Positions 6,661 to 15,574 of a DNA stretch of 25,288 nt are shown here, piece by piece; the first letter of the stretch is position 1; each line of letters opens with the position of its first letter. The position numbers and the translations under genes are program-made. The stretch lies in the IMG/VR virus record IMGVR_UViG_3300049919_000092, positions 1 to 25,288 of that record. One strand, 5' to 3'. The notes under the pieces are model-generated. The model worked only from the letters and a program-made list of their open reading frames with translations, was not told the DNA's origin and did not search any database. This DNA comes from a virus. Its lineage: Duplodnaviria > Caudoviricetes.

Positions 6661-8361
6661 ATGCAAGATTCAGCAACGATTATAGCCCAGCACATAGCAG
6701 ATAAGAAAGCCTCACAAGATTTTAAAGAAAGACGTTTCAATCAATGGAATGAAAACTATCTTCTCTATCGAGATAAAGTTATCACAAATAGACTGACTCA
6801 AAGACAGCCTATTAACGTCCCTATCATTAGAGATACCATTCAAACATGGATTTCTAAAATAGACGAAGCTCCTTTAATGAAGTTTGAAACTCGCGGTCAA
6901 TCTGATATTGATAAAACGGGTGAAATTATTCTTAACGAACTCTGGTCATACTATTATGACAGACTTGGACTAGACATCATAGACAACATTGATAAGAAAG
7001 TTGTCGGACTGCAAGGACGATCATTTAAAAAATGGGGATTTGCAAAGAATGAAATCTTTTGTGATGTACTTGACCCATATGACATTGAAATTGACCCACG
7101 GGTTAATGTTTTAGACCTTAATAGTGCTGACTATGTTATTCATACACACATCTTTCGTTCTCTAAGACAGATTCTAGCTAACAAAAACTATACAACTGAA
7201 GGAAAAAACCAACTTAAACAATTTCTTGAATCAAAGAAAGGTATTTTGAAGGCTAAGGGAGATCAAGAGAGCTATGAATCTAAGGTTGCTCGTCTTCAAA
7301 CACTAGGTGTACAGAATTACGATGACTTTATCTCAGGCGATATTCTTGTTGAAATCAATGAGGACTACAAAATGGTCTGGCATCCAGAAGAGAATCGTTT
7401 TGTAAGACATCTTATAACTATTGCTACTGATAATGTTGTTCTCTCTAACAAACCTCTTAAAGAAGCTATTGGTATTTCAATGCTTCCTATTGTTACTTGG
7501 GCTTCTGACCCTGATATAAATGATATTTGGTCTGATGGTATCGCTGACAATGTTCGTACCTTTAACAAGATTACAAACATGTACATCTCTCAAGACTTAG
7601 AGAACCGTACTTACCGTAACTTTGGTATGTACTTCTTTAACACTCTTAATGGAACATTCCAGCCTAGAGCTTTTGATCCAAAACCATTTGGAATGTATGG
7701 AGTACCTGGAGATCCAAGAGAGATAGTTCAGCAAATGACTATCAATCCTCTAGGAGATACATCACAGCAAATCTCATGGCTTAAAGACCTTATTCAGTCT
7801 TCTCTTGCTCAAACACCTACAGAACGTGGAGAAGTGGAAGCTAATGCAACCCTTGGACAGACACAGATGTCTTTCAAACAATCACAAGGACGTAATCAAG
7901 TTGTTTCTAAGAACTATCGTCGTGCATGGAAGGAATCAGGCCTTATCTTCTATGAACTATTGAAAGAGAACTCACGTGGTTCTATTACCTTATTTAAAAA
8001 GGGTGGTAATGGTAAATATTTCTCTAAAGAAATTATGCCTAGTGATTGGAAGAACCCAATCGGTTATGAATGTCAGGTTGTAACACAAGCTGAACAAAAT
8101 GATGCTTCTGATTTTGACCTCAAAAAGATTCAATACATCAAGAACTCTTTTGCAAACAATCCTGAAGCAATCAAGATCGCTAAGAGAAAAGAAATAGAGC
8201 TTATGGGTTGGACACCTGAAGAAGTTGCAACTGTTATGCAAATGGAAGAGAGCTCACCTGCCCCTCTAAATACAATGCAGGATGCACCTTCAATGGTTAA
8301 TAATCCACAAGACAGTACTAAAGATACTAATGCTAAGGCACTAAGCCCAATGGGAATGTAA
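6661..8361 (+). CDS. Portal protein (podovirus/P22-like)
   Basis: About 566 aa after terL, with DPYDIEIDP motif and low-complexity tail; start moved to 6661 because the ATG at 6646 overlaps the -10 box. Confidence 0.85.
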   Translation: MQDSATIIAQHIADKKASQDFKERRFNQWNENYLLYRDKVITNRLTQRQPINVPIIRDTIQTWISKIDEAPLMKFETRGQSDIDKTGEIILNELWSYYYDRLGLDIIDNIDKKVVGLQGRSFKKWGFAKNEIFCDVLDPYDIEIDPRVNVLDLNSADYVIHTHIFRSLRQILANKNYTTEGKNQLKQFLESKKGILKAKGDQESYESKVARLQTLGVQNYDDFISGDILVEINEDYKMVWHPEENRFVRHLITIATDNVVLSNKPLKEAIGISMLPIVTWASDPDINDIWSDGIADNVRTFNKITNMYISQDLENRTYRNFGMYFFNTLNGTFQPRAFDPKPFGMYGVPGDPREIVQQMTINPLGDTSQQISWLKDLIQSSLAQTPTERGEVEANATLGQTQMSFKQSQGRNQVVSKNYRRAWKESGLIFYELLKENSRGSITLFKKGGNGKYFSKEIMPSDWKNPIGYECQVVTQAEQNDASDFDLKKIQYIKNSFANNPEAIKIAKRKEIELMGWTPEEVATVMQMEESSPAPLNTMQDAPSMVNNPQDSTKDTNAKALSPMGM

Positions 8362-8363
8362 TT

Positions 8364-8684
8364 ATGAGTATACTAGGAGATTTTCTAAAAAAAGTAGGAG
8401 TAAATAATTACTCAGAACTCACAATAGAGGAACAAAGAACTTACAAAGAGTGGGAGTCTGCTCTTTCAGGGAGAAAGCTTACTGATGAAGATGTAAACCA
8501 GTTTCTCGCTATGGAGAAATCTGATGCAATAAACAAACTCTCTACTACCTCTCTTAAAACAAGGGAAGATATATTTCTAAAAATGAAACTAGACTTTCTA
8601 ATTCACTTAGAGAAGTTTCTGGCATCACCTTTTGTTGAAAAACAGATGACGGAAGCTGCTATTAAGCAGATGTTAGAAAAATAA
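8364..8684 (+). CDS. Hypothetical head-module protein (106 aa)
   Basis: Helical ORF between portal and scaffold. Confidence 0.8.
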   Translation: MSILGDFLKKVGVNNYSELTIEEQRTYKEWESALSGRKLTDEDVNQFLAMEKSDAINKLSTTSLKTREDIFLKMKLDFLIHLEKFLASPFVEKQMTEAAIKQMLEK

Positions 8685-8780
8685 TAATCGGAGGGCTATC
8701 AAGCACCTCGTTAAAAACTTGAGACCTTTTAATAATCAACCCAAACTACGGATTTATTCGTAACGGGAGAGAAAAAAGAT

Positions 8781-9506
8781 ATGTCACAAGACAATTTCGA
8801 TAAAGACATTCAGGACGCACAAAACGCTAACCCAGAACAAGTCGATCAGATAGAGACAACTATTCAAACCAATCAGGAGGCCGAACCTGAAATTGACTAC
8901 AAAGTAAAATTTGCAGAATCAGCTAAAGAAGCTCAGCGTTTATATCATGAGAACGAAGAACTTAAAAAGCTACAGGCCGAGGAATCAAGTGGGAACCCTC
9001 AAACAGTAGAAAATCTATATCCAGGCTTTGAAGACCTAGATGAAGATGCACAAGCCAACCTACTTGCTTACACAAACGCTGTAACAGTTAAAGCGAAAGA
9101 TGAAATCTATAAAGATCCAGCTATCGCATTTGCTAGAAAGCAGTTTAATGAAAGTAGATGGAATGGTGCATTTGACTCAGTGACTTCTAAATACCCTGAA
9201 CTTGCTAACTCTAAAGAAGAGTTCAAACAAAAATACTTCAACGCTAATAATGTTCCAGAGAATATTGATTCAATACTGGATGATGTAGCTAAGATTTATC
9301 TTTTCGACAAAGCTCGTTTAATGGGTGCTGAGGATGAGAGAACTAGACAAGAACGCGTTGACTTAGAAAGATCAACTGGTGGCGACAGAGTCGCAAAATC
9401 CACAAGATCTATAGAAGATTGGTCAAGAATGGCCGAAGAAAATCCTGGTGAATTTGCTAAGCATGCACAGGAATATCACGCAGACCTTGAATCTGGGAAG
9501 CTCTAG
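8781..9506 (+). CDS. Capsid scaffolding protein
   Basis: Acidic coiled-coil protein directly upstream of the major capsid gene. Confidence 0.75.
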   Translation: MSQDNFDKDIQDAQNANPEQVDQIETTIQTNQEAEPEIDYKVKFAESAKEAQRLYHENEELKKLQAEESSGNPQTVENLYPGFEDLDEDAQANLLAYTNAVTVKAKDEIYKDPAIAFARKQFNESRWNGAFDSVTSKYPELANSKEEFKQKYFNANNVPENIDSILDDVAKIYLFDKARLMGAEDERTRQERVDLERSTGGDRVAKSTRSIEDWSRMAEENPGEFAKHAQEYHADLESGKL

Positions 9507-9582
9507 GGACTAAACCCCCTATTAGGTAAGTATCTACTTTTTACACCTCATTACTTACTTAATTTTTTAATAATAATTTACT

Positions 9583-10698
9583 ATGGCAAATAATCTTGCT
9601 GCATTCACACCTATTAAGTTTTCACTTAAATTGGTTGAATTGCTTTATAACGATACTCTTTATAAGACTATCACAAATACAGACTACGAAGGAACAATTA
9701 AAGAGTCTGGCGACCGTGTACGTGTTCGTACAGCTGCTCGTGTTTCTCTTTCTACTTACACTAAAGGTATGGCTCTTGTTAAACAAGACCTTAACCCTAC
9801 ATCTGAAGATCTAGTTGTTGACACACAAAAGTATTTCTCTTTTGGTGTTGATGACATTGATAAGATTCAGAATGACATCCCAGCTATGACTGCATACGCA
9901 GGCGAAGTTAAGGAAAACATGTCTGAACTTATTGACACTGACATTCTTGCTTACATGGCAAAGAACGTTGGACAGTCTGCTGGTTCTGACCAAACTGCTA
10001 ACGTAGTTGGTACTTCATACGCTACTGGTACTGTTGCTGTTGCTGTTACAACTGGTGTTGTTACAGGTACAGGTACAACTTTCACAGCTGCTATGGTTGG
10101 TGGTTACTTCAAAGCTGCAGGTCACTCTGTATCTTACCTAGTTACTGCTTACACATCTGGTACTTCTATCACTATCACTGACCTTTCTGGTTCTGGATAC
10201 ACTGGTGGAGCTATCACTGCTGGTGCTGCTTACACAATCGCTGGTGCGACTGCTGTAGCAATCACAAAGAGTAACATCTATGCTCAGATCGTTGCTCTTC
10301 GTACAGCTCTTGGAAAGTCTCTTGCTCCTAAAGAAGGACGTTTCCTAGTTGTAAACTCTCTTGCAGAAGGTGTTCTTCTACAGGCTCCAGAGTTTATTCC
10401 TGCTGTTGATAACGCTTACAACAATGTTGTAACAAAGGGTCTTATCGGTACAATCGCTGGATTCAAAATCTTGAGTTCAGAGCTTGTTGCTGGTGATAAC
10501 TCTACTGGTTACTGGTTTGTTGCTGGAACAAAGGACTTCTGTTCTCTAGCAATCCAAATCATGAAAACTTCTGTTGTTCCATCAGAAGCAGATCCATCTA
10601 GCTTCGTTTCTACTTGTAAAGGTCTTCTCGTTTACGGACGAAAGGTTTTCCAAGGAAATCGTGCTCGTGGTGCTGTTCTCCGATGTACATTGTCATAA
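9583..10698 (+). CDS. Major capsid protein (HK97 fold, P22-coat-like) with an inserted domain
   Basis: NTDYEGTIKESGDRVRV, KYFSFGVDDID, PKEGRFLVV, GLIGTIAGFKI, KGLLVYGRKV; strongly biased codon usage. Confidence 0.92.
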   Translation: MANNLAAFTPIKFSLKLVELLYNDTLYKTITNTDYEGTIKESGDRVRVRTAARVSLSTYTKGMALVKQDLNPTSEDLVVDTQKYFSFGVDDIDKIQNDIPAMTAYAGEVKENMSELIDTDILAYMAKNVGQSAGSDQTANVVGTSYATGTVAVAVTTGVVTGTGTTFTAAMVGGYFKAAGHSVSYLVTAYTSGTSITITDLSGSGYTGGAITAGAAYTIAGATAVAITKSNIYAQIVALRTALGKSLAPKEGRFLVVNSLAEGVLLQAPEFIPAVDNAYNNVVTKGLIGTIAGFKILSSELVAGDNSTGYWFVAGTKDFCSLAIQIMKTSVVPSEADPSSFVSTCKGLLVYGRKVFQGNRARGAVLRCTLS

Positions 10699-10714
10699 TC
10701 GACATTGTAAATCT

Positions 10715-10748
10715 CTTCTGCTCCCTTTCGGGGGTGGGGATAGGTTTA
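10715..10748 (+). terminator. Hairpin, probable leaky terminator after the capsid gene
   Basis: TTCTGCTCCC-tttc-GGGGGTGGGG stem rich in G-U pairs, weak U tract. Confidence 0.5.
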
Positions 10749-10772
10749 TAAACAAGCCTTATATATATTATT

Positions 10773-11390
10773 ATGACAACCAATCAAATTATCGCCCTAG
10801 CACGTGCAAAACTACTAGAGCAAACAAGTGAAATATTAATAGACACAACGCTTCTTATCTATGCTAATTTAACACAGCAAGATATATACAAGCGTGTATT
10901 TCCTAATAGTCAGATACTATCTGCAACAGTAATACTCACTAATGGTGTTGGTACATTACCTGCTTCTTTTGGTACTTTGTATGGATCAGGATTGGATTCA
11001 TCTAATAATATATATGAGGAACTCTCTATTGAAGATTTTGATAACAAAACTCTTAACTACTCTATGACTGTTGAAGGTGGAACATTAAAAGTCTTCCCTT
11101 CTACCGTAACTAGTATTGCAATTAAATACTACCCTACATTTGCTGACATCTCTACATCAGTTAACCCTTCTATTGATAGTTACTTCCAAGAGCCTATTGT
11201 GTACGGAATACTCGCTAGGGCATTTGAAGACCTTCAAGATGAGGAGCTTGCAAATAACTACATGATGAAATACGAAAAGATGATTGCTGACCGTATTAAG
11301 ATTCAGTCTAACTATGAAGAGTCAAATATTCGCGGTTCACAAATGTTTACTTATCAAAATCTTATAAGTGATAGCGGGATTAGTTTTTAG
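10773..11390 (+). CDS. Head-tail adaptor / tail tubular A-like protein
   Basis: 205 aa after capsid gene; [18 protein letters not shown] motif typical of connectors. Confidence 0.7.
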   Translation: MTTNQIIALARAKLLEQTSEILIDTTLLIYANLTQQDIYKRVFPNSQILSATVILTNGVGTLPASFGTLYGSGLDSSNNIYEELSIEDFDNKTLNYSMTVEGGTLKVFPSTVTSIAIKYYPTFADISTSVNPSIDSYFQEPIVYGILARAFEDLQDEELANNYMMKYEKMIADRIKIQSNYEESNIRGSQMFTYQNLISDSGISF

Positions 11391-11391
11391 T

Positions 11392-11922
11392 ATGCCGCGT
11401 ACTGATACACAATTTAAAAAAGGTATCACACCTTGGAATAAAGGTAAAACAGGTGTTTATTCTGACGAAACAAGAAAAAAAATTGGTGATACTCAAAGAG
11501 GAATAAAAAGAGGTTCTCCTTCAAAAGAAACAAGAGATAAGATTTCTAAGGCTAAAAAGGGAATACCAAAAACACAAGAACATAAAGATAAAATAAGTCT
11601 TGCTAAAAAGGGCATTCCAACAACTTATAACAAAGGAGAAAAATCTAATTTATGGAAAGGTGGTCTGTCTACTAAAAATCAATTAATTAGACAATCGACT
11701 GAATACAAACTTTGGAGAACATCAGTATTTGAAAGAGATAACTATACATGTATATGGTGTGGAATTGTTGGCGGAAAACTTAACGCAGATCATATTAAAC
11801 CATTTGCTCTATATCCAGAATTGAGATTTGCTATAGATAATGGTCGAACACTTTGTGTCCCATGTCATAGGACTACAGATACCTATGGTCTAAAAACTAG
11901 ATTAATCAATGTAACGAGTTAA
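11392..11922 (+). CDS. HNH endonuclease with NUMOD3-like repeats
   Basis: [15 protein letters not shown] / SKETRDKIS / TQEHKDKIS repeats, [29 protein letters not shown]; ATG at 11392 preferred. Confidence 0.9.
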   Translation: MPRTDTQFKKGITPWNKGKTGVYSDETRKKIGDTQRGIKRGSPSKETRDKISKAKKGIPKTQEHKDKISLAKKGIPTTYNKGEKSNLWKGGLSTKNQLIRQSTEYKLWRTSVFERDNYTCIWCGIVGGKLNADHIKPFALYPELRFAIDNGRTLCVPCHRTTDTYGLKTRLINVTS

Positions 11923-11926
11923 TATT

Positions 11927-13723
11927 ATGCCATTAAAAAAACAGCAATTTGTAATAACTGAAAAGAATCTTGCTCAGGCAATTGATGTTGATGATAGTGT
12001 AGGTCGTTCAGTACCTATTAATATGAACTTTACTGACTCTGGTTACTTGGCAAAAGATACTGGTACTTCCCTTCTTGGTGCTACAGATGTAACCTTAAGA
12101 CACTCATTATTTAATTATAAGAAAAAAAATGGTACAAGTTTCTTTATAACAGCTAATGGAACTAAACTACAGAGACTTGTAGGTTCTACTTGGACTGATA
12201 TCGCTAACAATACTTCTACTACTGCCACTATCACTATCGCTACCCCTGCTGTTATAACTTCTACTGCTCACGGTTTTGTAGCTGGTAACAGTGTTTCTTT
12301 TACTACTACTGGAGCACTTCCTACAGGTATTACGGTTGGAACTACTTACTACGTACTCTCTGCCGGTCTTACCGCTAATGACTTTCAGGTATCGCTGACT
12401 TTTGGTGGTACAGCTGTAAACACAAGTGGTACACAATCAGGTGTTCACTCTGTATTCCTAAATACTAACTCATTTACTGCTGGTGCATACTTTGGCTTTA
12501 TTGTTTATGATGACATCTTGTATGGCTGTAATGGTGTTGAGTCATACTTTAGATGGGATGGTACAACCTTTACTCAATATCCAACAGCTCCAAAAGGAAA
12601 CACCTTAGAGATTTTTGAAGACAGAATGTTTATTTCTGGTTCTACAACAGAGCCTTTGACTATCTATTATTCAGGTGTAGCTACCCCTACAACATTTTCT
12701 GGAACAGATATTATCAAACCACTTGGTACAGATTTTGTACAAACCCTAGAGAATTATTATGGAACTCTTCTTATATTTAAAAAAGAAACAATTTGGAAAC
12801 TCACGTTTACCTACGATCAAGTTGTATCACTCTTTGTTCCTAAACTAGAGCTTCAATCAGGTACATATGGTGCATGTTCTCGTAAGGCTGTTTGTTGGGT
12901 TGAAAATGACCTTTGGTTTTTTACCGGACAAGAAGTTCGATCTATTGGATTTAAAGACCAACAACTTGGTGTCCTCGGTGTTAATCCTGCCGTTATCTCG
13001 GAATCTATTAAAGAAACACTATTAAAAATACCATTTGCAAATACACCTTTAACAACTGTTGGTTATAACAATAGACGTTTTTATCTTTCTGTACCTCTTG
13101 CTAATTCATACAATGAAACAACGTTTGTTTGTCACTTACTCTATAAAAATGCTTGGACTAAATATGCTTCACGTATCAAATCTCAGATACTAGATCTTAT
13201 TGAAGTTGATGACGTTCTCTACTCTGCTAAAAGTGCTACCCCTTATGGAGTACTAAAGTGGGACAATGTGCTACTAAACGACAACGGGGCTGGAGTTCCC
13301 TCTCAAGTATTCTTTAGAAAGGTAGAAGATAAAGATTTTAATAATTTTAATACCTATCGATACTTGGACTTAATGTTTAAGAACCTATCTGCAAATGTTT
13401 TGGTAACACTCAAGTTTGATGCAAACGACCTCAGGTATACAAAATCAAAAACTTTCTATGTTGGAAATGATATTGAAGATGATCTTGGAGCTATAGGTGA
13501 AGTGGATGTGGGTGAAGGTTTGGTTGCTGACTCTTATGGACAAACAATCGATACTAGTCCTTTTATCAAAAAAAGACTTTCATTTTTAGGCAAGTCTCAA
13601 GATATGATTATTGGTTTGTCTAATTCAACAGCAGGAGAAACCTTTAACATCGCAGAATATAGTCTAATTGGAATGAAACAACCTAGAAAGATGTTTAAAC
13701 CATCAGGAATAATATCATTATAA
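11927..13723 (+). CDS. Tail nozzle / DNA stabilisation protein (P22 gp10- or T7 gp12-like)
   Basis: 598 aa beta-rich protein with propeller-like motifs (FEDRMFISG, IYYS, LLIFKKETIWKL, GACS), located after the adaptor. Confidence 0.75.
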   Translation: MPLKKQQFVITEKNLAQAIDVDDSVGRSVPINMNFTDSGYLAKDTGTSLLGATDVTLRHSLFNYKKKNGTSFFITANGTKLQRLVGSTWTDIANNTSTTATITIATPAVITSTAHGFVAGNSVSFTTTGALPTGITVGTTYYVLSAGLTANDFQVSLTFGGTAVNTSGTQSGVHSVFLNTNSFTAGAYFGFIVYDDILYGCNGVESYFRWDGTTFTQYPTAPKGNTLEIFEDRMFISGSTTEPLTIYYSGVATPTTFSGTDIIKPLGTDFVQTLENYYGTLLIFKKETIWKLTFTYDQVVSLFVPKLELQSGTYGACSRKAVCWVENDLWFFTGQEVRSIGFKDQQLGVLGVNPAVISESIKETLLKIPFANTPLTTVGYNNRRFYLSVPLANSYNETTFVCHLLYKNAWTKYASRIKSQILDLIEVDDVLYSAKSATPYGVLKWDNVLLNDNGAGVPSQVFFRKVEDKDFNNFNTYRYLDLMFKNLSANVLVTLKFDANDLRYTKSKTFYVGNDIEDDLGAIGEVDVGEGLVADSYGQTIDTSPFIKKRLSFLGKSQDMIIGLSNSTAGETFNIAEYSLIGMKQPRKMFKPSGIISL

Positions 13724-13724
13724 C

Positions 13725-13753
13725 TTTACAAAACACTAATTTCGTGTTATAAT
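13725..13753 (+). promoter_or_regulatory. Sigma70-type promoter
   Basis: TTTACA-aaacactaatttcgtgt (17)-TATAAT. Confidence 0.75.
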
Positions 13754-13773
13754 ATACACGATTAAACTATACT

Positions 13774-15573
13774 ATGCCGACCACCCTTCAGAACTTCTAT
13801 AAACAAACTATCTTAATCGCTTGTACATCAGGAGCTACAACTATATATCTGACAACAAAACCAACAGTAAGTTCTGGTTATCTTGTTATCTCTCCTAACA
13901 ACTCATCTCTTAGAGAGATTGTTCAATATACTGCTACTGGTACAGATGGTACTGGAGACTTTATAACTGTTTCTGTTCGTGGTGTTGGTGGTACTACTGC
14001 TCAAAGCCATGTCGTAGGTGAACCTATTCGTATGAATATCACCGCTCAACACTGGGCTGACCTTAATGCAGATATTGCTACTAAATATGGAACAGGTTCT
14101 GTTATACCAACTCCTATACTATCTACAGATGCATCAAACAAAGCTTATGTAGACGCTCTTGCCATAACAGGAACTCCTGCTGCAACAAATTCTTTATCAG
14201 GAAGATCTAAACTATCTGTTGCTTCTGGAACACCAACAGATCCTATTGTAGTTGAAACTAGCGACCCTCGTGTTCCTACTCAAAATGAAAATGATGCAAT
14301 GGTCGGTACTTCAGGTACTGCTGTGTCTTCTAGTAATAAATTAATTGATAATGCAGATACAGTAGGAACTGGTGCTGTGCAACGGGCTACAGCTCTTGCA
14401 AACTACGGTTTATCAAAAACAACTCTGGTGGCTGGCTCTGCAATTACTGCAGGTCAAGCTGTTAGTCTATCAAGGTTTATTCAAAGTGACGGAGGTATTA
14501 TATTTGATAACAGTACTAACACTGGATATGCAAGTACCACAAATCAATCTATGGTACACACTGTTGGTACTGGAGCAAATAGGTATTTATTAGTTGCAAT
14601 AGTTTGTAATTCTACTCCTACCCTAGTTCAATATAGTGGAGTAACAATGTCATTAGTTGATAGTGTCGCTATTTCTGGTGTAGGTAATTCATTTTATTTA
14701 TATAAACTAGCAGCACCCGTTTCTGGTTCAAATAGTGTTTCTGTTACAGCCACAGGTATTACAGGCATCTCTGCTAACTCATATGCCAATGTAAATCAAG
14801 CAACGGGTGTAGAAGCATCTGCTAAAACAGGAACTAGTTTAACAATATCCGGTTTTTCAACTATTTCTGGAGGGGCTGGTATTCAAGCAATTGGTTTTAC
14901 ACAAGGACTTAGCGGTAGTTTTAGCACTGCAACAAGTAATTTTACTTCTAAATACAGTTCTGCTGCCACAAATGCTAACCTTTCAACTGGATATTTAGCT
15001 GGTTATGCATTATTTGTTTCTAGTTTTACTGGAAAAATAAACGAAACACTTACTACAACTATTACTCAAACCTCAACAACTACTGGTGGTGGTAGTCCAA
15101 CATTTGCAATGTTTGCAATATCTCTTGCCCCAGCAACTACTACATTTTCTTTTGGTGTGTTGCCAACAAACTCATCTATATCTTCAGCAAATGACCCTTT
15201 AATTGATTTTATAGGTTTTGCTGATAGTACTGTTGCAGTAGGAGCTAATGTTAGTATAACTACATCTTCTATTGCTAGTGGTTTAACAGGTTTAACACCC
15301 GGAAGAATTTACTATTTGCAAAATACAAACGGTACAATTGCAACAACAATGGGTACTTATGGTAAAGAAATAGGTAAGGCTTTATCTAGCACAACACTAC
15401 AAATAGCCTCAGTTAAAACTATCCAAGGAACAGGTATTGCTAAAGTTAATTCTTATACTTATACAGCCGAAACAGACGGTATGATAGGTACCTCCACATC
15501 AACATATCCAATATCAAAAGGTTCAACTTATTCATTTGCAGGAGGAACTAATTTCTTTTACCCAATAGCATAA
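13774..15573 (+). CDS. Tail fibre/spike or other virion structural protein
   Basis: Thr/Ser/Gly-rich mosaic; VRGVGGTTAQSH anchor motif, DASNKAYVD fibre motif, GLTPGRIYYL..IGKALSSTTL. Confidence 0.7.
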   Translation: MPTTLQNFYKQTILIACTSGATTIYLTTKPTVSSGYLVISPNNSSLREIVQYTATGTDGTGDFITVSVRGVGGTTAQSHVVGEPIRMNITAQHWADLNADIATKYGTGSVIPTPILSTDASNKAYVDALAITGTPAATNSLSGRSKLSVASGTPTDPIVVETSDPRVPTQNENDAMVGTSGTAVSSSNKLIDNADTVGTGAVQRATALANYGLSKTTLVAGSAITAGQAVSLSRFIQSDGGIIFDNSTNTGYASTTNQSMVHTVGTGANRYLLVAIVCNSTPTLVQYSGVTMSLVDSVAISGVGNSFYLYKLAAPVSGSNSVSVTATGITGISANSYANVNQATGVEASAKTGTSLTISGFSTISGGAGIQAIGFTQGLSGSFSTATSNFTSKYSSAATNANLSTGYLAGYALFVSSFTGKINETLTTTITQTSTTTGGGSPTFAMFAISLAPATTTFSFGVLPTNSSISSANDPLIDFIGFADSTVAVGANVSITTSSIASGLTGLTPGRIYYLQNTNGTIATTMGTYGKEIGKALSSTTLQIASVKTIQGTGIAKVNSYTYTAETDGMIGTSTSTYPISKGSTYSFAGGTNFFYPIA

Positions 15574-15574
15574 T

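Noticed and set aside
6095-11922. Group I introns or inteins hosting the HNH genes
   Set aside because: Flanking genes appear complete and only 1-38 bp of spacer surrounds the HNH ORFs, leaving no room for a ribozyme core
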